A stretch of DNA of 12,572 nt. Origin: Armatimonadota bacterium (lineage in GTDB: Bacteria > Armatimonadota > UBA10988). The stretch spans positions 1-12,572 of the forward strand of contig JACRKZ010000155.1 of assembly GCA_016235455.1 (NCBI GenBank). The letters are read 5' to 3'. Under the pieces are notes generated by a model. It ran no database searches and was not told the DNA's origin. It was given only the letters and a program-made list of their open reading frames with translations. This document shows, piece after piece, positions 7,028 to 12,572 of this stretch (positions are counted from its first letter, which is position 1; each line of letters begins with the position of its first letter). Made by a program: the position numbers and the translations under genes.

Positions 7028-8110
7028 ATGAGCCGCCTGAAGGCTGCGGTGGTGGGCGCCACGGGCTTGGCAGGACAGCAGTTCCTGACCGCCCTGGCCG
7101 ACCATCCGCTGTTCGATGTCACCGTCCTTGCCGCCTCTGCCCGCACTGCCGGCAAGAAGTACAAGGACGCCATCAAAGCGGCGTCGGGTGCCGTTCAGTG
7201 GTTCTGCACGGAACCCTTGGCCGAGCAGTTCGCCGAGATGACCGTGCAACTGGCCGACGATGTGCCGCCGACCTCGGTGGACGTGGTCTTCACCGCGCTG
7301 GAGTCGGACGCGGCGGCGGTCATCGAGCCGCGCTTCGCCGAGTATGTGCCGGTGCTCAGCACGGCGTCGGCCTTCCGCTACGAAGACGACGTGCCGGTGC
7401 TCATTCCGGGCGTCAACGCGCACCAGTTGCCGCTCCTTCGCGCCCAGCAGGCGCGGCGCGGCTGGAAGGGCTTCGTGGCGCCGAACCCCAACTGCACCAC
7501 GGTGGGCCTGGCCATGACCCTGGCGCCGCTGCATGAGCGCTTCGGCGTCCAGAGCGTGCTGATGACCTCCATGCAGGGGGTCTCGGGCGCTGGCCGCTCG
7601 CCGGGCGTCATCGCCCTCGACATCATCGACAACGTCATCCCGCACATCAAGGGCGAGGAGGAAAAGGTCGAGGCCGAGACGCGCAAGATCCTGGGTACTT
7701 TGACCGACGCCGGCATCGAGCCCGCGCCGTTCCGGGTCAGCGCCACCTGCACCCGCGTGCCGGTGCTCGAGAGCCACACGGAGAGCGTCTACGTCGGCCT
7801 GAACCAGGCCGTGACGCTGGACGAGGTCAAACAGGCCTGGGCGGAGTGGGGCCGCGACTTTGTTGCACTGGGCCACTACACCAGCCCCAAGAAGCTGATT
7901 ACCTACCACGAGGATCCGTTCCGCCCGCAGCCGCGCATCGATCGCCTGGCCGAGGACGGCATGACCACCAGCGTGGGTCGACTGCGCGAGGACTCGGTGC
8001 TGCCCAACGGCATCAAATACGTCCTCGTTTCGCACAATACCAAGATGGGCGCGGCCAAGGGCGTGGTGCTCATGGGCGAAGAGCTGGCCCGGCAAGGCTA
8101 CATCGGCTGA
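7028..8110 (+). CDS. asd: Aspartate-semialdehyde dehydrogenase (archaeal/fungal-like subfamily)
   Basis: Rossmann motif VVGATGLAGQQF, catalytic PNPNCTT, MQGVSGAG, DNVIPHIKGEEEK, SATCTRVPV, RPQPRIDR, SHNTKMGAAKG. Confidence 0.95.
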   Translation: MSRLKAAVVGATGLAGQQFLTALADHPLFDVTVLAASARTAGKKYKDAIKAASGAVQWFCTEPLAEQFAEMTVQLADDVPPTSVDVVFTALESDAAAVIEPRFAEYVPVLSTASAFRYEDDVPVLIPGVNAHQLPLLRAQQARRGWKGFVAPNPNCTTVGLAMTLAPLHERFGVQSVLMTSMQGVSGAGRSPGVIALDIIDNVIPHIKGEEEKVEAETRKILGTLTDAGIEPAPFRVSATCTRVPVLESHTESVYVGLNQAVTLDEVKQAWAEWGRDFVALGHYTSPKKLITYHEDPFRPQPRIDRLAEDGMTTSVGRLREDSVLPNGIKYVLVSHNTKMGAAKGVVLMGEELARQGYIG

Positions 8111-8114
8111 TTCC

Positions 8115-8143
8115 TTGACGGATAGTGGCGCGACTGATAGTCT
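8115..8143 (+). promoter_or_regulatory. sigma70-type promoter of rpsD: TTGACG-N17-TAGTCT with extended -10 TG, and a palindrome over the -10
   Basis: -35 at 8115-8120, TG at 8135-8136, -10 at 8138-8143. Dyad GATAG-T-CTATC at 8136-8146. Confidence 0.75.
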
Positions 8144-8184
8144 ATCGGCTTGTCAGCACGAGTGAGACGAACGGAGAGAGGGCT

Positions 8185-8808
8185 TTGGGCCGGTACACGG
8201 GACCTGAAAATCGGATCTGGCGGCGACTGGGTGCCGAGAGCGCCCCGCCGTGGGTGCAGTTGCGTCGTGAGACGCCCCCCGGCCAGCACGGCAACGGCCG
8301 CACACGCGGCGGCAAGCAGAGCGACTACGCCAAGCAGCTGTTGGAGAAGCAGAAGCTCCGCTGCTACTACGGCGTGCTCGAAAAGCAGTTCCGCCGCTAC
8401 GTGGCGATGGCCATGCGTATGCCCGGTGCCACGGGCCACAACCTCATCCGCCTGCTCGAATGCCGCCTGGACGCCGTGACGTATCGTCTCGGTCTGGCCA
8501 GCAGCATGCGTGGTGCCCGCCAGTTGGTGAACCACGGCCACGTGCAGGTCAATGGCCGCCGCTGCGACATCCCCAGCCGCATGGTCAAGGTGGGTGACGT
8601 GGTTGGCGTGCAGGAGAAGAGCCGCTCGATGAAGTGCGTCCGCGCCGCCATCGAGCAGCGCGGCAACGTCATCCCGCCGTACCTGGCGATGGACGGCCGC
8701 GCCATGACCGGTGAGCTCATCGCCGAGCCCGCGCGCGACCAGATCGCCGTGATGGTCAATGAGCGACTCGTGGTCGAGTTCTACGCTCGCCGCAACGTTC
8801 ACGCCTAG
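8185..8808 (+). CDS. rpsD: 30S ribosomal protein S4 (uS4), form without Zn-ribbon cysteines
   Basis: TTG start gives MGRYTGP, after SD-like GGAGAG (8173-8178). Motifs PPGQHG, SDYAKQLLEKQKLR, LLECRLD, ARQLVNHGHVQVNG, VVEFYAR. The ORF-track start 8125 lies inside the promoter. Confidence 0.95.
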   Translation: MGRYTGPENRIWRRLGAESAPPWVQLRRETPPGQHGNGRTRGGKQSDYAKQLLEKQKLRCYYGVLEKQFRRYVAMAMRMPGATGHNLIRLLECRLDAVTYRLGLASSMRGARQLVNHGHVQVNGRRCDIPSRMVKVGDVVGVQEKSRSMKCVRAAIEQRGNVIPPYLAMDGRAMTGELIAEPARDQIAVMVNERLVVEFYARRNVHA

Positions 8809-8833
8809 CGACTGGGTGCTGACCGACAGCTTC

Positions 8834-8873
8834 GAAGCCCGCCTCAGCGTCTGCTGAGGCGGGCTTCCTGTTT
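8834..8873 (+). terminator. Probable intrinsic terminator of rpsD
   Basis: Perfect 15-bp stem GAAGCCCGCCTCAGC-GTCT-GCTGAGGCGGGCTTC (8834-8867), followed by a short tail CTGTTT. Confidence 0.75.
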
Positions 8874-8906
8874 GGGTGGTCGCCAGCTGGGCGGATCGAC
8901 CGGCCC

Positions 8907-8951
8907 AAACCATCAGCCGCGGGCCGTGACTGGCACGGCCCGCGGCTGATG
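8907..8951 (-). terminator. Probable intrinsic terminator of cstA
   Basis: Perfect 18-bp stem CATCAGCCGCGGGCCGTG-ACTGG-CACGGCCCGCGGCTGATG (8911-8951), 14 nt past the cstA stop, followed by GTTT on the - strand. Confidence 0.7.
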
Positions 8952-8965
8952 CAGTGAGGGCAGGT

Positions 8966-10711
8966 TCAGTTGGTCAGTTGCTTCTCGGCCGGCGCCGGTG
9001 GCGTCGGGTGCGTGAACGCCTTGACGGCCTCGACCAGCATGAGCACCGCCAGGCCGATGAGCAGCACGGCGGCCCACGGCACGGTGCCGACGGGCAGGGC
9101 GAAAGCGCCGTCCTTGACGAAGCCCTTGGTGACGAACATCATCAGTGCCCAGGCGCTCATGATGTACATGAACACGGTGGGGATGCCGGTGACCAGCCAG
9201 ATCCAGCGCTCGCGGTAGGTGCGCCACAGCCAGACAGTGACGCCGAGCAGGCCCAGGGCGGCCAGCAACTGGTTGCTGGCGCCAAACAGCGGCCAGTACA
9301 GCTTCCAGGCGGGGATGACCTTGCCGGCGGCATCATGACTGGTCTGCAGGACGAAGAACAGCGGCACGCCCACCGTGGCGGCCGTGCTGAACAGCCGGCC
9401 CGCCGGACCGGTCCAGCCGGTCAGTTCCTGCACGATGAAGCGGCCCAATCGCGTGCAGACGTCGAGCGTGTCGTACACGAACGTGGTGAAGGCCAGGAGC
9501 CCGAAGCTGATGCCGAAGGCCACGGGGACGCCGAACACGTGCATGAACTGGGCCAGCCCGCGGGCATAGATGAGGTTCGGGTTGGTGCCGATCTGCTTGA
9601 GCATGGCGGGTGTGAGGATCATCACGCAGGCCAGCGCCAGGACCGCCACCATCGCTTCGAGCAGCATGGCGCCGTAGCCCACGGACTTGGCGTCCGGTTC
9701 GCAGCGGATCTGCTTGGACGTGGTGCCGCTGGCCACGATGGAGTGGAAGCCTGAGCACGCGCCGCAGGCCACGGTGATGAACAGCATCGGCATCAGCGGC
9801 GTGATGGCGCCGTCGCCCGCGGTGAACGCCCAGCCCGTGAACGCGGGGTAGTTCAGGGGCTGATGGCCGAACAACACGCCAATGCAGCCAGCGGCGATGG
9901 CTATGTACAAGAAGAACCCACCCAGATGTCCGCGCGGCTGCAACAGCAGCCAGACCGGCACCATGCCGGCGACCAGGCAGTAGCCCAGCAGCAGCACGTC
10001 CCACACCTTCTGCGCCTGGGCCGGCTGCATGGACAGCATGGCGCCCAGGTCGAAGGGGATGAACTGGCCCACGTAGATGGCCACTCCCACCAGCGGCAGG
10101 AAGATGAGCGTGGCGACGTTGAGCGACACCTTGGTGTAGCGCAGCAGCAGCCCCATGACGATCGGCAGCGCCAGGTAGAGCAACGACGACGAGGCGATGC
10201 CGCCACCGGAGACGACCGTGCCGTCGTCGAGCACCTGCTTGCCCACGAACGAGCCGGCCACGATGTCGGTGAAGGCGACGATGACGTAGACCAGAGCGAT
10301 CCAGATGAAGATCATGAACAGCACGTGCGACCGTCGACTCATGTGTTCGCGCACCACATCGGCCAGCGACTTGGCCTGGTGCCGCACCGAGCCGATGAGG
10401 GCCATGAAGTCGTGAACGCCACCCACGAAGATGGAGCCCAACAGGATCCACAGGAGTGCCGGCACCCAGCCGAACATGACACCGGCCAGGATCGGTCCGA
10501 CCACGGGACCGGCGGCGGCGATGGCTGAGAAGTGCTGGCTGATGAGGAACTTGGACTCGATGGGCACGTAGTCCAGGTCGTCGCGCAGGCTGACCGCGGG
10601 CGTTACCGCCTCGGGGTCAAGCCGAACCCATCGCGACAGGGCACGACCGTAGAGCCGATACGCCGCCAGGAGCAGGATGCCCGAAGCGGCCACGATAGCC
10701 AGTAAACCCAT
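8966..10711 (-). CDS. cstA: Carbon starvation protein A (CstA/BtsT-family peptide or pyruvate transporter)
   Basis: TPAVSLRDDLDYVP, QHFSAIAAAGPVVGP, GGVHDF, LLLQPRG, LFITVACGACSGFHS, GYGAMLLE, WPLFGASNQLLA, many TM helices. SD GAGGT at 10719-10723 (-). Confidence 0.95.
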   Translation of the reverse strand: MGLLAIVAASGILLLAAYRLYGRALSRWVRLDPEAVTPAVSLRDDLDYVPIESKFLISQHFSAIAAAGPVVGPILAGVMFGWVPALLWILLGSIFVGGVHDFMALIGSVRHQAKSLADVVREHMSRRSHVLFMIFIWIALVYVIVAFTDIVAGSFVGKQVLDDGTVVSGGGIASSSLLYLALPIVMGLLLRYTKVSLNVATLIFLPLVGVAIYVGQFIPFDLGAMLSMQPAQAQKVWDVLLLGYCLVAGMVPVWLLLQPRGHLGGFFLYIAIAAGCIGVLFGHQPLNYPAFTGWAFTAGDGAITPLMPMLFITVACGACSGFHSIVASGTTSKQIRCEPDAKSVGYGAMLLEAMVAVLALACVMILTPAMLKQIGTNPNLIYARGLAQFMHVFGVPVAFGISFGLLAFTTFVYDTLDVCTRLGRFIVQELTGWTGPAGRLFSTAATVGVPLFFVLQTSHDAAGKVIPAWKLYWPLFGASNQLLAALGLLGVTVWLWRTYRERWIWLVTGIPTVFMYIMSAWALMMFVTKGFVKDGAFALPVGTVPWAAVLLIGLAVLMLVEAVKAFTHPTPPAPAEKQLTN

Positions 10712-10782
10712 GAAGAGTACCTCGCATCTTTGTTATGCCCTCATTCGAGCGGGCCGTGCAAGGTCCTGCTGGGCGCCCTGGG

Positions 10783-11115
10783 TCAGCGCCTGTTCTTGGC
10801 CTTCTTCTTGGGCTTGGCGGCCGGCTCGGTCATGCGCGACGGCACGCCGGGCATGAAGGGCAGGCCGGCGTGGCCCGTCGCGGCCTGCTCCTCGCGCATG
10901 CGGCGGATGAGGCGGTCGAAGCGCAGCTTCTTGCGGACATACAGGACAGCGACCACCACCAGCAGCCCGAGCATGAGCACGCGCGACACCGCGGGGGGCA
11001 GCACCGTGCGGGCCATGAACAGCAGAAAGAGCGCGGCGATGCAGGACAGATTGATCACGTCCTCAACGAGGGTGGTGCGGCGATCGTAATGCTCGGCGGG
11101 TTGGGGGCTGCTCAT
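10783..11115 (-). CDS. Small hypothetical membrane protein (110 aa, two TM helices, basic C-terminal tail)
   Basis: MSSPQPAEHYDRRTTLVEDVINLSCIAALFLLFMARTVLPPAVSRVLMLGLLVVVAVLYVRKK...KPKKKAKNRR. It fills the gap between cstA and sixA. The longer ORF-track version (to 11430) overlaps sixA. Confidence 0.7.
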   Translation of the reverse strand: MSSPQPAEHYDRRTTLVEDVINLSCIAALFLLFMARTVLPPAVSRVLMLGLLVVVAVLYVRKKLRFDRLIRRMREEQAATGHAGLPFMPGVPSRMTEPAAKPKKKAKNRR

Positions 11116-11133
11116 CTGGCTCTCACTGGCCAC

Positions 11134-11142
11134 AGGATACCA
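11134..11142 (-). promoter_or_regulatory. Putative extended -10 promoter (TGgTATCCT) for the small membrane-protein gene
   Basis: The - strand reads TGGTATCCT 19 nt upstream of ATG 11115. It overlaps a CCACAGG direct repeat (11130-11136, 11140-11146). Confidence 0.4.
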
Positions 11143-11200
11143 CAGGCGAGCGATGCTATCGGCGGCCCGGCGGGCTACACTGACAGCAGGAGCACCGCCC

Positions 11201-11677
11201 GTGGATCTGCTACTCCTGCGCCATGGCATCGCCGAGGACCGCTGGGACGACGACTTTGGTCGTCGGCTGACCGAGGAAGGGCAGGCCAAGTGCGAGCGCG
11301 CCGGCCGCGGCCTGGCCGCGCTCGGGCTCGCCTTCACGCACGTGCTCACCAGCCCCTTGGTGCGGGCCGTGGAGACCGCGCAAGCGGTGCTGCCGGACCT
11401 GCCGGCCGCCCTGCTCGACGCGCTGGCCAATCAGCCGGTCGCGGCGGTGCTCGACCATCTCCGCTCGCTGCCGCCCAATGCGGTGGTGCTGCTGGTGGGC
11501 CACGAACCCCAGATGTCGACCCTGGTGGAGACGCTGCTGGGCATGCGGCACGGGTACGTGCAGATGAAGAAGGCCGGGCTGGCCTGGCTGGAAGTCGACC
11601 TGTCGCTGTGGCCGCGTGAGCCGGCACTGCTGCTCTCGCTGCTGACTCCCGCGCAATTGCGCGCGCTCGGGGCGTAG
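11201..11677 (+). CDS. sixA: SixA-type phosphohistidine phosphatase (histidine phosphatase superfamily)
   Basis: GTG start after SD AGGAG (11188-11192). Motifs LLLLRHGIAED, RRLTEEG, LTSPLVRAVETA, LLVGHEP, MKKAG. Possible -10 TACACT at 11176-11181. Confidence 0.9.
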   Translation: MDLLLLRHGIAEDRWDDDFGRRLTEEGQAKCERAGRGLAALGLAFTHVLTSPLVRAVETAQAVLPDLPAALLDALANQPVAAVLDHLRSLPPNAVVLLVGHEPQMSTLVETLLGMRHGYVQMKKAGLAWLEVDLSLWPREPALLLSLLTPAQLRALGA

Positions 11678-11730
11678 GGAACACAGCAGCGCGCTCGCGG
11701 CGTCTCTCTGAGCACGGGAGACGTGTGGCG

Positions 11731-12572
11731 ATGGGCTGGGGCATAGCGCTGATGGGTTTGCTGGCTGCGATGGCCGGCGCACCCATGGAGCGAGTGGCTG
11801 GCTACGGCGGCTCCGCGGTCGCCGTGGTGGTCGTGGGCAATACGGCCTGGGTCTCCGCCGGCGCCGCGCTGTGCGCCTACGACATCGCCGACCCCAAACA
11901 GCCTCGTGCCACCGGCGCACGCCTGGCGCTGCCGGGCATTGCGCTGCACCTCGCGGCCCGCGGCCAGACCGTCTTCGCGGCCTGCGAGCGCGTGGGCATC
12001 GTCGCCGCCGACGTCGGCAACGCCTCGGCGCCACGGCTCGTGGGCACCACCGCCCTGTCGCGCTCCTGGGCCGGCCTGGTCGTCGCCGACAAGTGGCTCT
12101 ACGGGCTGGCCGCCGAGGACGGGCTGCACGTCTGGGACGCCGCCGACCCGGCCCGACCGGCCGATGTCGGCAAGTCGCACACGCCGTCGATCGGTCGCGC
12201 GCTGGCGGTGAGCAACGGTTACGCCTACGTGCTCGACCTGGAGGGTGGGCTGGGGGTGTACGACGTCTCCGAGCCCAGCGACCCGCGCCGCCAAAGCTAC
12301 TGCGACCTGCCCCAGGCCGGCCTGGCGCTGGCCCTGCGGGGCAAGCGCCTGCTGGCCATCTGCGAGAACCAGACGCTCCAGGCGTTCGATGTGGATAACC
12401 CCGGTGAGGCCAAACGCATTGGTCTGCTGCACCTGTCGGCCATGCCGCGCACACTGTGTGTGAAGGACGACACCGCGTATGTCGGCACCGAAGACGGCTT
12501 TCTGGTGGTCGACGTCTCGGACACGACCAACCCGCTGCTGGCGCGGACGCTGCCGCAACCAGCCCTGGCTGC
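11731..12572 (+). CDS. Secreted LVIVD-repeat (beta-propeller-like) protein, runs off the window end
   Basis: Not in the ORF track (no stop). Translates MGWGIALMGLLAAMAGAP... with ~42-aa repeats: LCAYDIADPKQP, IVAADVGNASAP, LHVWDAADPARP, YAYVLDLEGGLGVYDVSEPSDP, LQAFDVDNPGEA, AYVGTEDGFLVVDVSDTTNP. SD GGGAG at 11716-11720. Confidence 0.85.
   Translation, partial: MGWGIALMGLLAAMAGAPMERVAGYGGSAVAVVVVGNTAWVSAGAALCAYDIADPKQPRATGARLALPGIALHLAARGQTVFAACERVGIVAADVGNASAPRLVGTTALSRSWAGLVVADKWLYGLAAEDGLHVWDAADPARPADVGKSHTPSIGRALAVSNGYAYVLDLEGGLGVYDVSEPSDPRRQSYCDLPQAGLALALRGKRLLAICENQTLQAFDVDNPGEAKRIGLLHLSAMPRTLCVKDDTAYVGTEDGFLVVDVSDTTNPLLARTLPQPALA

Noticed and set aside
8125-8184. GTG start or Bacillus-type S4 autoregulatory leader for rpsD
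   Set aside because: GTG 8125 lies in the promoter spacer, the conserved N-terminus begins at TTG 8185, and the leader is too short for the known structured S4 leader.
11130-11146. CCACAGG direct repeat with 10-nt period as a response-regulator site
   Set aside because: Only two 7-mers, overlapping a putative -10 box. Too weak to call without conservation data.
1-12572. CRISPR arrays, IS elements, integrases, tRNA/rRNA, defence genes
   Set aside because: No spaced direct repeats, transposase or integrase motifs, or cloverleaf structures seen. All coding space is explained by the genes above.

Overview
High-GC bacterial chromosomal window with no mobile elements, CRISPR array or RNA genes that I could recognise. 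Gene order: adenine deaminase (-, 3'-truncated); a divergent, strongly palindromic intergenic region; a secreted SpoIVB/S55-family peptidase translationally coupled to mlaE-mlaF, followed by a long mlaD/MCE gene (+); archaeal/fungal-type asd (+); a stand-alone rpsD lacking the Zn-ribbon cysteines (+); a three-hairpin convergent terminator region; cstA (-); a small 2-TM hypothetical gene (-); sixA (+); a secreted LVIVD-repeat protein (+, 3'-truncated). The most interesting unit is S55-mlaE-mlaF-mlaD. The protease looks circularly permuted relative to Bacillus SpoIVB and lacks the PDZ domain. MlaD has an ~60-aa insertion in its MCE domain, eight gapless 25-aa helical repeats and a probable C-terminal beta-barrel, i.e. 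a trans-envelope lipid bridge of the diderm-Terrabacteria type. The host may be Armatimonadota-like, which is inference only. Several sigma70-type promoters are readable.
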